Positions 9,445 through 19,627 of a DNA stretch of 64,000 bases are shown one piece after another. The notes below the pieces were generated by a model. It was not told the origin of the DNA. It did not search any database and worked only from the letters and a program-made list of their open reading frames with translations. The stretch spans positions 254,639 through 318,638 of the forward strand of contig OZ242288.1 of NCBI GenBank assembly GCA_965207575.1, in the 5' to 3' direction. The position numbers and the translations under genes are program-made. How positions within the stretch are numbered: the stretch's first letter is position 1; every line of letters starts with the position of its first letter. This DNA comes from an uncultured Candidatus Binatia bacterium. Its GTDB lineage: Bacteria; Desulfobacterota; Binatia; Bin18.

Positions 9445-9952
9445 GGATGTCGGGCAACGGGGGGAGGTCGGTAATACTCTCCAGGTTGAAAACTTCAAGA
9501 AACTGCTGGCTCGTTCCGTATATCCACGGTCGGCCGGGCACATCTTTACGCCCAAGAACGGTAATGAGCTTGCGGGTGAGGAGCGAGTTTAACACGCCGT
9601 CCACATCGACGCCACGAATGGCTTCAATCTCAATCTTGGTCAAGGGTTGACGGTAGGCAATAATGGCGAGCGTTTCGAGGGCCGCCCGGCTCAACTTGAC
9701 CGGTTTATCCCGACCCAGGGCCTTCACGTAGTCGGCATAGTCGGCAACCGTCCGAAACTGATAGCCGCCCGCGACTTCTCGGAGCCGTACCCCTCGGTAG
9801 GGGCCGGTATACTCGGCACGCAGGACGGCGAGGGCTGCTTTCACTTCCGCCTTGGTTGCGCCAGCAACCTCCACCAGACGACGAAGCGGCAGGGGCACGC
9901 CGGAGGCAAACAACAAACTTTCGACGATCGCCTTGATATGATCTGTTTTCAT
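9257..9952 (-). CDS. scpB: SMC-Scp complex subunit ScpB
   Basis: VAGGYQFRT, LETLAIIAYRQP, IRGV and PGRP motifs. Confidence 0.93.
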   Translation of the reverse strand: MKTDHIKAIVESLLFASGVPLPLRRLVEVAGATKAEVKAALAVLRAEYTGPYRGVRLREVAGGYQFRTVADYADYVKALGRDKPVKLSRAALETLAIIAYRQPLTKIEIEAIRGVDVDGVLNSLLTRKLITVLGRKDVPGRPWIYGTSQQFLEVFNLESITDLPPLPDIHEPTANAHAEDSQDPTAPEDPESGRDLFAAGSGAVDPGRSSPGKWTNGHASGNNGGPATGSH

Positions 9953-9992
9953 AGGTGTCCGAGCGCCTCAGGTAAGGGCTCCTCTGGGCTCG

Positions 9993-10046
9993 AAGAGGAA
10001 ACGTGTCCAGCTTTATACGACATCATTGGAGGACACGTTTCCTCTT
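9993..10046. repeat. Palindromic element copy 2 (overlaps the scpA 3' end)
   Basis: aagaggaaacgtgtcc-agct...tgga-ggacacgtttcctctt; perfect 16-bp arms. Confidence 0.92.
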
Positions 10047-10750
10047 ACCGCCAGGGAGGCAACGATCGGGCCAAAGGGATTCTCCTGGCGCACCTGGATC
10101 ATCCGATTGCGGACCAGTTCGAGGACAGCCAGGAAGGTCACCAGGACCTGCAGTCGGGTTGAATTCTGGGGAAAGAGCTGCTCGAAGAATACCTCTCTTT
10201 TTTCCCGTAAGGTATCAAGCACCGCACACAGCCGATCCCGCAAAGACACATGCTCAAGCATGATCTGGTGCGCCTCTTGAGAGTCTACGCGTGTCATCAC
10301 ATCCTGCAGGGCATCAAGCAGATCACCCAGCGACAAGTCATACACGACATCGTCTTTACCATCCGGTTCAACGGGTATGGGGGGACGAACAAAAACGTCG
10401 CGGTTGAGCATCTCCCGACCTATCAGCGTCTCGGCCGCTTCTTTGAAGCGTTGGTATTCGAGCAGTTGTCGGGCCAACTCCGCGCGCGGGTCTTCGCCCT
10501 CTTCTTCTTCGGGGGTTTCCTCAAGAGGCAGCAGGAGGCGCGATTTGAGGTAGAGCAGGCTCGCCGCCATCACCAGGTATTCTCCCGCGATGTCAAGGTC
10601 GAGCTGCTTGAGGAGGTCGAGGTAGGCTAAATACTGATCGGTGATTTCGGTAATGGGGATATCGGGCAGCTCCACCTCGTTCTTTTTGACGAGATGGAGC
10701 AATAAGTCGAGCGGCCCCTCAAAGACGTTGAGTTTAACGCGATACGACAT
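10013..10750 (-). CDS. scpA: Segregation/condensation protein ScpA
   Basis: FEGPLDLLLHL, EDPRAEL and TFLAVLEL motifs; start MSYRVK. Confidence 0.95.
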   Translation of the reverse strand: MSYRVKLNVFEGPLDLLLHLVKKNEVELPDIPITEITDQYLAYLDLLKQLDLDIAGEYLVMAASLLYLKSRLLLPLEETPEEEEGEDPRAELARQLLEYQRFKEAAETLIGREMLNRDVFVRPPIPVEPDGKDDVVYDLSLGDLLDALQDVMTRVDSQEAHQIMLEHVSLRDRLCAVLDTLREKREVFFEQLFPQNSTRLQVLVTFLAVLELVRNRMIQVRQENPFGPIVASLAVRGNVSSNDVV

Positions 10751-10792
10751 GGCAAGGGCTTTGTCGGCTGGACACTCTTCGCCGTTCGTCAT

Positions 10793-10846
10793 AAAGAGTA
10801 AGCACGCTGGCAGTTTTGTATGACTTGGAGAGCGTGGTTACTCTTT
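10793..10846. repeat. Palindromic element copy 3
   Basis: aaagagtaagcacgct...tggag-agcgtggttactcttt; compensatory arm substitutions. Confidence 0.75.
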
Positions 10847-10915
10847 TTTCCCATGTGGCAAAAGGGAGGGCCGACACCGTCTCACCAACTCTTGTGGCCT
10901 GACCCTTCCGCCAGC

Positions 10916-11941
10916 TTACACACCAACAACCTCCCGCACCTCCGCCATGGTTTGACGGGCGATTTCGTGAGCCTGACGCTCCCCTTCCCGGAGGACGTCG
11001 CGCACATCGTCGCGGTGGTTTTCCCAGTACGTTCGTTTCTCCCTGAATTCGGCCAAATCGTCAAGCACATGCTTGATCATAATCTTCTTGCATTCAAGAC
11101 AGCCGATATCCGCGGTTTTACACCCGCTTGTGACAAATTCGATTTCTTCCGGCGTACAGTAGAGGCGGTGCAGGTGAAAAGCCGGGCAGTCGGCCGGGTC
11201 GCCAGGGTCGCGCCGCCGCGCCCGGCGCGGGTCGGTCATCATCCGCGACAGTTTCGTATCGACCTCCTGCGGCGGGTCTGACAGGACGACCGCGTTGCCA
11301 TAGCTCTTGCTCATTTTGCGGCCGTCAACGCCGAGAATCTTTGGGATCTCCGTCAGCAGAGCCTGGGGCTCGGGAAAGACCCTGGTCTCGTAGACCGCAT
11401 TAAAGCGCCGGGCAATCTCGCGGGTCAGCTCGATATGCGGGACTTGATCGACCCCGACCGGAACCCGCTGCGCCTTATACATCAGGATGTCGGCAGCCTG
11501 GAGCACAGGATAGCCGAGCAGACCATAGTGAATCGTGGTCACCGCAGCCTCATCATCAGAGTCAATAAAGCCGAGTTCACGCGCTTGCTCTTTGACGGTG
11601 GGGTTCCGAATCAGCCACGGTGTCGGCGTAATCATCGAAAACAAGAGGTGCAGCTCGGCGTGTTCTTTCACGTCGGACTGACGGAAAATCACAGACTGGT
11701 TGGGGTCGAGCCCGACGCTTAACCAGTCAATCACCATCTCTTCGGTATTGCTCTGAATGCTTTCTGCATCGGTCTTCCCGGTGGTCAGGGCGTGCCAGTC
11801 GGCCACAAAGAAAAAACACCGGTACTCGCTCTGGAGTCGGACCCAGTTGGTAAGCGTACCGTGTAAATGTCCAAGATGAAGCTTACCGGTTGGACGAAAT
11901 CCACTCACAATCGTTTGTCGCGTCGGTGTGGTGTCGGTCAT
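10916..11941 (-). CDS. trpS: Tryptophan--tRNA ligase
   Basis: PTGKLHLGH, YPVLQAADIL and KMSKS motifs. Confidence 0.96.
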   Translation of the reverse strand: MTDTTPTRQTIVSGFRPTGKLHLGHLHGTLTNWVRLQSEYRCFFFVADWHALTTGKTDAESIQSNTEEMVIDWLSVGLDPNQSVIFRQSDVKEHAELHLLFSMITPTPWLIRNPTVKEQARELGFIDSDDEAAVTTIHYGLLGYPVLQAADILMYKAQRVPVGVDQVPHIELTREIARRFNAVYETRVFPEPQALLTEIPKILGVDGRKMSKSYGNAVVLSDPPQEVDTKLSRMMTDPRRARRRDPGDPADCPAFHLHRLYCTPEEIEFVTSGCKTADIGCLECKKIMIKHVLDDLAEFREKRTYWENHRDDVRDVLREGERQAHEIARQTMAEVREVVGV

Positions 11942-11951
11942 GCAGAAAATC

Positions 11952-12584
11952 TCACAAGAGGGTGTTGAGAACGAAGAGCACCGGCGGTTGGAGCATGTCG
12001 CCAAGAATCCCGGTCATCAACAGGAATATCACGATCAACATGCCATAGGGCTCAAGCCTGGCGAGCGCCAGAGCCGGCTGCCGAGGCAGCAGTCCGGTGG
12101 CGACCCGCCCACCGTCGAGCGGCGGAAGCGGAAACAAATTAAAGACGGCGAGTACCACATTGATCAGGACACTGTTCAAAAGATTGCGGGCGACCAGACC
12201 ATCGGTGATGAGTTGGAGGGACAGCAGGAACTTCAGCACAAAGGCGGACAGTCCGGCCAATATCAGGTTCATGATCGGACCAGCCGCGGCTACACGGACC
12301 ATGTCTCGCCGAGGGTTGCGCAGATTGGTAAAGTCTACGGGAACGGGCTTGGCGTAGCCAAACAGAAACGGCGCGCCAGTCACGATCAGCAGGAAGGGTA
12401 ACAAGAGGGTTCCAAGCAGATCGATATGGGCAATCGGATTCAGGGTCAGGCGGCCCATTCGGGCGGCGGTCGGATCACCCAGCAGATAGGCGCTATAGCC
12501 ATGCGCAAGCTCGTGCAAGATGACCGCCACAAGGACCGGCAGTACCCAAATGGACAGTTGCTGCACCACGCCTGAGACATCCAT
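11952..12584 (-). CDS. Site-2 protease (M50 family)
   Basis: HELAH, AGP and FNLFPLPPLDGG motifs. Confidence 0.93.
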   Translation of the reverse strand: MDVSGVVQQLSIWVLPVLVAVILHELAHGYSAYLLGDPTAARMGRLTLNPIAHIDLLGTLLLPFLLIVTGAPFLFGYAKPVPVDFTNLRNPRRDMVRVAAAGPIMNLILAGLSAFVLKFLLSLQLITDGLVARNLLNSVLINVVLAVFNLFPLPPLDGGRVATGLLPRQPALALARLEPYGMLIVIFLLMTGILGDMLQPPVLFVLNTLL

Positions 12585-12650
12585 TGCCTTCAGTCTATAG
12601 ACTCCATTTTCCCGACACAAGGCGTGAGGAAACGGAAAAAGCGCACAAGA

Positions 12651-13901
12651 CTACAACCCGCCTGTCCCATTCAAGGCGTAGTCGAACAGGTCAAAGTTGC
12701 TGAGCCGGACGGTTGCCGCGCGGGTATGGTACGCCTCGGAGACAGGCTCGGAAAGGATGAATGGGACCATCTGCTCCGCACGTCCGCCATGAGAGCGGAG
12801 CGATGCATCTCCGAATGCGGACAAGTCATGGTCTCGTTCTGCCGCCCCGATGGCCGTGTGTTCATCGCCAAGCACAAGGAGGTCGGCCTCGCGGTCGGGC
12901 GGCAGGAGAAACCGCTCGCACGCGGCGGGCCTATCATAAACCGCTTCAACCCCAGGAATGTCCGCGATGACAGCCCGTACGACAGCCCGGTCCGCATCAG
13001 GACAGTAGACGCGGACACAAGACCCCAACGCACCATGATGGGCCACATAGGGATCAGTAATCGGACAGATCACGCGTGCCTTTCCCTGACCGCAGCTCGC
13101 GTCCAGAATATCCTGAAGAAACACAACCTGCGGTTTGGCATTCATACCATGGTCGGCGGTGAGAGCGACCAGGGCTCCCGCTTCAGCCAGCCGACCACAC
13201 CCAAGGTCAAGCGCGGCATAGAACGCGTTCGCTTCCGCACTCCCCGGTGCATGTTTATGTTGGACATAGTCACTCAGCGAGAGATACATCAGCTCCGGTC
13301 GGTGGTGTTCGAGCAGGGCGAGGCCAGCTTCCAGGACAAAGAGTGACAGCTCGGCGGAGTAGACATCGGGCTGTGGGCGGCCAATCCACTGGCAAACGTT
13401 CTCAATACCGTGCACGGAGATGGTACAGTCCTGCGCTTTTTCGGCAGAGAAACATATACCGTCGGTGATTCCGTGGCCGAGCAAACGGCGCAGTTTCTCT
13501 TTGGCGGTAATGATGGTGACTTTGGCCCCGCTGTGGGAGAAGCGCGCCAGTAGGGTTTCTGAGCGGAGCTGGTGGGGATCGGTCATCATGACCGCCTGTC
13601 CGGTTGTCGGATTGAGAAAATAATTCCCCGAAATCCCGTGCACAGCAGGCGGACTGCCCGTGACAATGGACAGATTGTTCGGATTCGTAAACGTTGGGAC
13701 GACCGCGTCCGCCCAGGTGCCAAACCCTTGGGTGAAAAAACGCTGGATGTTGGGCAGAATGTTCCGGGCCAGGCCCGCCTTGATATAGGCTGGATCACAC
13801 CCGTCTATACAGATCACGACCACAGGCCGACGCGGGAAGGCGTAGGCACGTTGATTCAGGCGCACTGTTTGAGGGTGTCGATCCTGGTCCTGTTCTGGCA
13901 T
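12651..13901 (-). CDS. phnA: Phosphonoacetate hydrolase
   Basis: CIDGC, PTFTNPNN, DYVQHK, TADHGM, ITDPYVAHHG and LRSHGG motifs. Confidence 0.92.
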   Translation of the reverse strand: MPEQDQDRHPQTVRLNQRAYAFPRRPVVVICIDGCDPAYIKAGLARNILPNIQRFFTQGFGTWADAVVPTFTNPNNLSIVTGSPPAVHGISGNYFLNPTTGQAVMMTDPHQLRSETLLARFSHSGAKVTIITAKEKLRRLLGHGITDGICFSAEKAQDCTISVHGIENVCQWIGRPQPDVYSAELSLFVLEAGLALLEHHRPELMYLSLSDYVQHKHAPGSAEANAFYAALDLGCGRLAEAGALVALTADHGMNAKPQVVFLQDILDASCGQGKARVICPITDPYVAHHGALGSCVRVYCPDADRAVVRAVIADIPGVEAVYDRPAACERFLLPPDREADLLVLGDEHTAIGAAERDHDLSAFGDASLRSHGGRAEQMVPFILSEPVSEAYHTRAATVRLSNFDLFDYALNGTGGL

Positions 13902-14146
13902 ACGCCTGTCAATTCCTCCTGATCGCGGTACTGCCTTTTGGAGTATTCCGTATAGCAGCCCGCTGTCAGAAAAGGGACTCCCTTTGGTACTCGTTTACTC
14001 GATCCGGGTCCGCGAGGAGACGGCTGTACTGGTTGCAGGGGATTCTCGGAGTCTTTAAGATACACGGCCTGAGCAGAGTGTTTGGGGAATAGAGAGGCGC
14101 TGGTACAAAACTATTGAGCCCACCCTTGGGACGGTGAGATGCTGGC

Positions 14147-14202
14147 AAAAGAGTAAGCGCGTCCAGCCTCTCATGTCTAGTGGAGGACACGTTTACTCTT
14201 TT
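14147..14202. repeat. Palindromic element copy 4
   Basis: aaaagagtaagcgcgtcc-agc...tgga-ggacacgtttactctttt; 24 nt upstream of the fabF ATG. Confidence 0.9.
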
Positions 14203-14226
14203 CAGTCGTTTGTAAGGCAGGATATT

Positions 14227-15504
14227 ATGCAAGACGGGCAACGCCGTGTCGTCATTACTGGGCTAGGAGCGGTCACTCCACTTGGCACTGGGGTGGTGAA
14301 AAATTGGCAAGCGCTGCTTGAGGGACGCTCTGGAGTCGGACCGTTAACCCGCTTTGACGTCTCAGACTTTCCCACGCGGATCGCTGGCGAGGTCACCGAC
14401 TTCACACCTACCGATTTTATCGAGAAGAAAGAGGTCAAGAAGATGGACCTCTTCATCCAGTACAGTGTGGCCGCGGCCCAGATGGCAATGGATGAGGCCA
14501 AGGTCCCAATTACGCCGGACAATGAGGACCTGGTGGGGTGTATTATCGGGGTGGGGATTGGTGGGCTGACCAGTATTGAAGAGAATCATCTGCTCTTTCT
14601 CGATACCCGGCTCAAGCGCGTTTCTCCTTTTTTTATTCCGAAACTATTGAGCAACCTGGCACCCGGCCAAATCTCCATTCGCTATGGAGCCAAGGGCATT
14701 AATTATACGCCAACGAGTGCCTGCTCTTCTGGTGCGCATGCCATTGGTGAGGCGTACCGGGCCATTCGCCTGGGCGACCAAGACGCTGTTATTGCTGGGG
14801 GAGCAGAGGCAGCGCTGACCCCGTTAGGACTGGGCGGCTTTATTGCCATGCGGGCAGTCTCGACGCGGAACGACGCGCCTGAGGGAGCTAGCCGTCCGTT
14901 TGACAAGAATCGTGACGGCTTTGTCATGGCCGAAGGCGCCGGTATCGTTGTGTTGGAGGAGCTCGAATTCGCAAAGAGTCATGGGGCAACCATCTACGCT
15001 GAAGTGGTCGGCTACGGTGCCAATGGGGACGCGCATCATATCACCGCCCCCTCGCCCGAAGGTGAGGGCGCAGTCCGGTGCATGCGGATGGCTCTACGGA
15101 GCAGCGGGCTTGATCCAACCGAGATCGATTACGTCAACGCGCACGGGACTTCAACACCGTATAACGACGCGACCGAAACCTTGGCCCTGAAAAGAGTCTT
15201 TGGCGAACACGCCGCAAAGCTCGCTATCAGTTCAACCAAGTCCATGACCGGCCACTTACTTGGGGCCGCCGGTGGCGTCGAAGCCGTCTATTCCGCTTTG
15301 GCGCTCCACCATCAGATCATACCGCCAACCATTAACTATGAGGAACCTGATCCGGAGTGCGATTTGGACTATGTGCCCAATGACTCCCGCTCGGCACCCG
15401 TCCGGGCCGTCTTATCCAATTCCTTCGGCTTTGGGGGGACCAACGCCTGTCTCGTCTTTCGCAAATGGGACAACGATCAGAACGGGCAGAGCACGAATCA
15501 GTAG
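14227..15504 (+). CDS. fabF: Beta-ketoacyl-ACP synthase II
   Basis: [29 protein letters not shown] and SNSFGFGG motifs. Confidence 0.96.
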   Translation: MQDGQRRVVITGLGAVTPLGTGVVKNWQALLEGRSGVGPLTRFDVSDFPTRIAGEVTDFTPTDFIEKKEVKKMDLFIQYSVAAAQMAMDEAKVPITPDNEDLVGCIIGVGIGGLTSIEENHLLFLDTRLKRVSPFFIPKLLSNLAPGQISIRYGAKGINYTPTSACSSGAHAIGEAYRAIRLGDQDAVIAGGAEAALTPLGLGGFIAMRAVSTRNDAPEGASRPFDKNRDGFVMAEGAGIVVLEELEFAKSHGATIYAEVVGYGANGDAHHITAPSPEGEGAVRCMRMALRSSGLDPTEIDYVNAHGTSTPYNDATETLALKRVFGEHAAKLAISSTKSMTGHLLGAAGGVEAVYSALALHHQIIPPTINYEEPDPECDLDYVPNDSRSAPVRAVLSNSFGFGGTNACLVFRKWDNDQNGQSTNQ

Positions 15505-15627
15505 AACGGCGGGCGGCAGAACGAGAACACTGGGACCGAAGCAATCAGAACCTGCCTTGAGCGAAACAGTATGCAACATAGTGATTGGCCTGATCTCGCT
15601 GGGCAAGAAGGATGAAAGAGGTAGCGC

Positions 15628-16602
15628 ATGGGCGCACGTATTATCGGCACGGGTTCCGCCGTCCCTTCGACCTGTCTCACCAATGATGATCTGGCCGGGC
15701 GGGTTGACACCAACCATAAATGGATCGTCACCCGAACCGGCATACAGGAACGACGTGTCATCCGAAAGGATGAGGCTTTGCTCGACCTCATTCACGCGGC
15801 AAGCGAAACAGCACTCAAGGCGGCGGGCCTGTCCGCGCAGGACTTGGATGTGATTCTGATCGCCACGGTCTCTGGGGAGTATGCCTTTCCCTCCACTGCC
15901 TGCTTACTCCAAACGCGCCTTGGCGTGGATAATATCCCTGCCTTTGATGTTGCGGCAGCCTGTGCGGGGTTTGTGTACGGCATGTCGGTTGCCCATAGCT
16001 ATCTCAAAAGCGGCGAGTATAACCGTATCCTGCTGGTTGGCGCAGATGCCCTGAGCTCTATGGTCAATTGGGGAGACCGGACGACCTGCGTGCTGTTCGG
16101 TGATGGCGCCGGGGCCGTCGTCTTAGAAAATCAGCCAAACGATAGAGGCCTGCTCAGCACTGTCGTCGAGTCCAGCGGTGCCCTGTGGCAGCTGCTCCAC
16201 GTTCGGTCCGGTCTGCGGCAAACGTTTGATCAGGCCGGAGAACAGGAGCCGGACTGGGGGATTCAGATGAAAGGTCCCGAACTGTTCAAGGTCGCCGTTC
16301 GCGCCCTGTCCGATGTGACAAAAAAAGCCCTCGAAAAAGCCGGTCTGGCTCCGGAAGATATCAAACTGATGGTCCCCCACCAGGCGAATTTACGCATTAT
16401 CCAAGCGGTAGCCGACCGCCTGGGAGCAAGTATGGACAACGTGCACTGCAATGTGGACCGCTTTGGAAATACGTCTGCGGCTTCCATTCCGATAGCTCTG
16501 GATGAGGCTGTTCGAGCAGGCAAGGTCCATGCGGACGATATTGTCGTGCTCAACGGCTGTGGGGGCGGACTCACCTGGGGAGCGTCGGTTGCACGCTGGT
16601 AG
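15628..16602 (+). CDS. fabH: Beta-ketoacyl-ACP synthase III
   Basis: AACAGF, FGDGAGA, PHQAN and GNTSAAS motifs. Confidence 0.95.
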   Translation: MGARIIGTGSAVPSTCLTNDDLAGRVDTNHKWIVTRTGIQERRVIRKDEALLDLIHAASETALKAAGLSAQDLDVILIATVSGEYAFPSTACLLQTRLGVDNIPAFDVAAACAGFVYGMSVAHSYLKSGEYNRILLVGADALSSMVNWGDRTTCVLFGDGAGAVVLENQPNDRGLLSTVVESSGALWQLLHVRSGLRQTFDQAGEQEPDWGIQMKGPELFKVAVRALSDVTKKALEKAGLAPEDIKLMVPHQANLRIIQAVADRLGASMDNVHCNVDRFGNTSAASIPIALDEAVRAGKVHADDIVVLNGCGGGLTWGASVARW

Positions 16603-16676
16603 GATCGTGCCGCCGCGGGTTGATTAAGTAATCGACTTTTCAAGACTTTCCTGTTGCGAGAGAAGACCAACTGGTC

Positions 16677-17081
16677 TTATTGGGCGTTATACGTGCCTGG
16701 GTCCGTCATCGCTGGCGCACCTCCCTGGTTGGGGTCGAGAAAGGCTAGAACACGCTTTCCTGACGACTTGTCCATCCAGCGGCGCAGTCGTTGCTCAAGC
16801 ACCAACCGCAGCTGATAGTCACGCTTGATATTAGCCACGACTTCTTCAGCGCTTCTGCCCGTCAGCGGTGTCGATTGCCGTTTTCCTTTTCGGAGTCCTG
16901 CCGAGGAGCGGGACTTCACGAGCAAAGGGCGATACCGGCCGTTTTGCTTGTGATACGCTCGCCAGACGGATGCGGATCGGTCACGGACGAGACGCAACGT
17001 CTGTTTTTCGTTCTCCCAATACTGGTGTTTAGGGGTACTGCCGTAATATAGAATCTCTTGAGCAGAAACCGTTCGACCCAT
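16677..17081 (-). CDS. Hypothetical basic protein (134 aa)
   Basis: ORF from MGRTVSAQ with a GGGGA RBS, filling the gap after rsfS; no recognised motif. Confidence 0.55.
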   Translation of the reverse strand: MGRTVSAQEILYYGSTPKHQYWENEKQTLRLVRDRSASVWRAYHKQNGRYRPLLVKSRSSAGLRKGKRQSTPLTGRSAEEVVANIKRDYQLRLVLEQRLRRWMDKSSGKRVLAFLDPNQGGAPAMTDPGTYNAQ

Positions 17082-17187
17082 AGCATCCCCCACCGAGGTT
17101 CTCTCGCTGGTTCCGGCCCCTAGTATAAGGGGAAAGGCGTGTGGAAAGAAAGAGAAGGCGGATTTTCTCGGCACCGAAGGAAGGCTG

Positions 17188-17583
17188 CTAGCCGGTTTCG
17201 AGTCGGAGGTCCATGGCTTGTGTCGAGTAGGGTTCGGGCAGCGTGCAGCGTGGAGCCTTGGCCCAGAGTCCTTCAAGATTGTAAAATGCTCGTACTGTTT
17301 CGTAGAAAATATGGACAATAACATCCCCAAAATCCATGAGGATCCATTGTCCGTGTGAGACGCCTTCAAGGGCTAAGGGGCGATGGCCTTCCCGCCGGAG
17401 GGCCTCCTCAATCGCTTGGCTGATGGTCTGCACCTGAATGTCCGACCGCCCGGTACAAATCACAAAATAGGAGGCAACGGACGTCAACGCTTCGACGTCA
17501 AGGACAACGAGGTCGTAGGCCTTTTTGTCCAGCGCGGATTGCGCGCACCTGAGGGCTTTTTGCCAGCTGTCGTCAGCCTTCAA
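17188..17583 (-). CDS. rsfS: Ribosome silencing factor
   Basis: DKKA, FVICTG and W.LMDFGDVIVHIF...R.FYNLE.LW motifs; TTG start overlapping the nadD end. Confidence 0.93.
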   Translation of the reverse strand: MKADDSWQKALRCAQSALDKKAYDLVVLDVEALTSVASYFVICTGRSDIQVQTISQAIEEALRREGHRPLALEGVSHGQWILMDFGDVIVHIFYETVRAFYNLEGLWAKAPRCTLPEPYSTQAMDLRLETG

Positions 17584-18247
17584 GGGAAAGAGCCTCTTGT
17601 GTGCGATAGAGAGCGTGAGTGGCGATATAGTCCGCCACGGCGGGCGGGAGCTGATGGAGTGTGGGGCGGCCAACGCGCAGGTTGTCACGGATGCTGGAGG
17701 CCGAAATATGGAGACCGTTCAGTGTATAGAGCGTCAACGTATGCCCTGATTCGTGCTGGTATCTCTGCCGGATCGGATCATACCAAAAGGCGGGCCGCAG
17801 AGCAACGGGAAGGAGTCGGTCGAGCGGTGGAGTGGAAACCCCGGGACGCGAGGTGACAATCAGGTCGCATAAGTTGGGAATCTCCAGGTAATCCTTCCAC
17901 GTTTCTATCTCACAGAACGCATCCATCCCGATCAGAAAGGCGAGAGAGGTCAATGTTTCCCTTGTCCGAAAGGCGCGGATCGTATCAATCGAAAACGAGG
18001 GGCCGGCGCGGTCGAGTTCGATACGAGAGGCAAGAAAGGCAGGGTTAGCGGCAACCGCCCGCTCCACCATATTGTAGCGATGGTGAGCCGGGGCGATATC
18101 CGTTGTGCGCTTGTGCGGAGGAGAAGCAGAAGGAATGAAGTATATGCGGTCAAGCGTAAACGCTGCGCAGACTTCTTCCGCACTACGTAAATGACCCAAA
18201 TGGATGGGATTAAACGTTCCGCCGAACAGCCCGACTTTCATACGCAA
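17573..18247 (-). CDS. nadD: Nicotinate-nucleotide adenylyltransferase
   Basis: GGTFNPIHLGH, PPHK, IG.D and ISAS.IR motifs. Confidence 0.95.
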   Translation of the reverse strand: MRMKVGLFGGTFNPIHLGHLRSAEEVCAAFTLDRIYFIPSASPPHKRTTDIAPAHHRYNMVERAVAANPAFLASRIELDRAGPSFSIDTIRAFRTRETLTSLAFLIGMDAFCEIETWKDYLEIPNLCDLIVTSRPGVSTPPLDRLLPVALRPAFWYDPIRQRYQHESGHTLTLYTLNGLHISASSIRDNLRVGRPTLHQLPPAVADYIATHALYRTQEALSLEG

Positions 18248-18268
18248 GAGTCTGAGAGAGTCAATCGG

Positions 18269-18315
18269 CCCTCCATCCCCCCGTCTCCCCCCTTAATAAG
18301 GGGGGCAGGGAGGGA
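18269..18315. repeat. C/G-rich palindromic element (CCCCCCTTAATAAGGGGGG core)
   Basis: Nested inverted repeat in the proA-nadD spacer; single copy in the window. Confidence 0.55.
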
Positions 18316-18346
18316 TGCGGTCGGCGCGTTGCCTCTTTTTCGTCTG

Positions 18347-19603
18347 TCATGTTCGTATCTGGCCATCTCCGTAGACCACATATTTATAGGTTGTCAGCTC
18401 ACGCAGGCCCATGGGCCCCCTGGCGTGGAGTCGGTTCGTCGAAATGCCGACCTCGGCCCCGAATCCGAACTCAAAGCCATCGGTGAAGCGCGTCGAAGCA
18501 TTTGCATAGACCGTCGCAGAGTCGACCTCACGCAGAAACCGCCGGACGCAGGAGTAATCTTCGCTCACGATACAATCGGCCAGTCCTGACCCATTGGTAT
18601 GAATAAAATCCAGCGCCTCATCAAGCGAGCGCACCACTTTGACTGAAAGAATTTTATCAAGATACTCGGTTTGCCAGTCCGTCTCAGTCGCGACGCCCAC
18701 CTGAGGGACGATCTGGCGCGTCTGGTCACAGCCCCGAACCTCGACACTCTCTTGTTCGAGTCGCGCGACAAAGTCTGGGAGGAAACGGGGGGCAACGGTC
18801 TCATGCACCAGCAGGTTCTCCATAGCGTTACACACCCACGGCCTTTGTGCCTTGGCATTCAGGCAAACTTGATACGCCTTTTCAATATCAGCCGCAGCAT
18901 CGACGTAGGTGTGACACACGCCGGAGAAATGCTGAATCACCGGGATGGCGGAGGCGCGCGTGACAGCGCGGATCAATTCCTCGCCGCCGCGTGGGATAAT
19001 GACATCAATATAGCGGTCTTGCTGAAGGAGAAAGGTGACGGCCTGTCGATCGGTCGAACGGACCAGTTGGACCGCCTCGTCCGGCAAGCCCGCTTCGACA
19101 AAGGCCTGGGTCAGCACATCAACGATGGCACTGTTGGTCGCAAACGCCTCCGACCCTCCTTTCAGCACAACCGCATTGCCAGCCTTGAGACACAGGCCGG
19201 CGGCATCGGCCGTGACGTTCGGTCGCGACTCGTAGATAATCCCGACAACACCGAGCGGGACGCGGACCTGACTGATCTCCAGGCCATTTGGTCGCTTCCA
19301 GGTGGCGACCGTTTCCTCGACCGGGTCAGGCAGATCGACCACAATTTCGAGCCCGGTGGCCATAGCCTGTATGCGCGTCTGGTTCAGCGTCAGCCGGTCG
19401 AGCAGCGCGGCAGATAAGCCGTTGTCTTTTCCCCGAGCAACATCCTGGGCATTGGCAGTCAGTAAGACTTCCGTCTGATCCCGGAGTTGCTGAGCGGCGG
19501 CGAGCAGCGCCTGATTCTTCGTGTGGGTTGACACGGTAGCCAGTATTCGGGCGGCTTTTTTTGCGGTTTGGGCTAATGCGACCACCATATTTTCAAGACT
19601 CAT
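18347..19603 (-). CDS. proA: Gamma-glutamyl phosphate reductase
   Basis: IIYESRPNVT, VCNAME, NASTRFTDG and HARGPMGL motifs. Confidence 0.96.
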   Translation of the reverse strand: MSLENMVVALAQTAKKAARILATVSTHTKNQALLAAAQQLRDQTEVLLTANAQDVARGKDNGLSAALLDRLTLNQTRIQAMATGLEIVVDLPDPVEETVATWKRPNGLEISQVRVPLGVVGIIYESRPNVTADAAGLCLKAGNAVVLKGGSEAFATNSAIVDVLTQAFVEAGLPDEAVQLVRSTDRQAVTFLLQQDRYIDVIIPRGGEELIRAVTRASAIPVIQHFSGVCHTYVDAAADIEKAYQVCLNAKAQRPWVCNAMENLLVHETVAPRFLPDFVARLEQESVEVRGCDQTRQIVPQVGVATETDWQTEYLDKILSVKVVRSLDEALDFIHTNGSGLADCIVSEDYSCVRRFLREVDSATVYANASTRFTDGFEFGFGAEVGISTNRLHARGPMGLRELTTYKYVVYGDGQIRT

Positions 19604-19627
19604 CGCCTCTTCCTTTGTGTCTTTTCA

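Noticed and set aside
13969-14000. Possible half copy of the element (gtactcgtttactc)
   Set aside because: Only one arm-like segment, with no partner arm or TGGA/AGC core.
14134-14226. N-terminal extensions of fabF, the carboxylase, DMFase and the dehydrogenase that would translate element copies
   Set aside because: Downstream starts match family N-termini, so these copies are treated as untranslated leaders.
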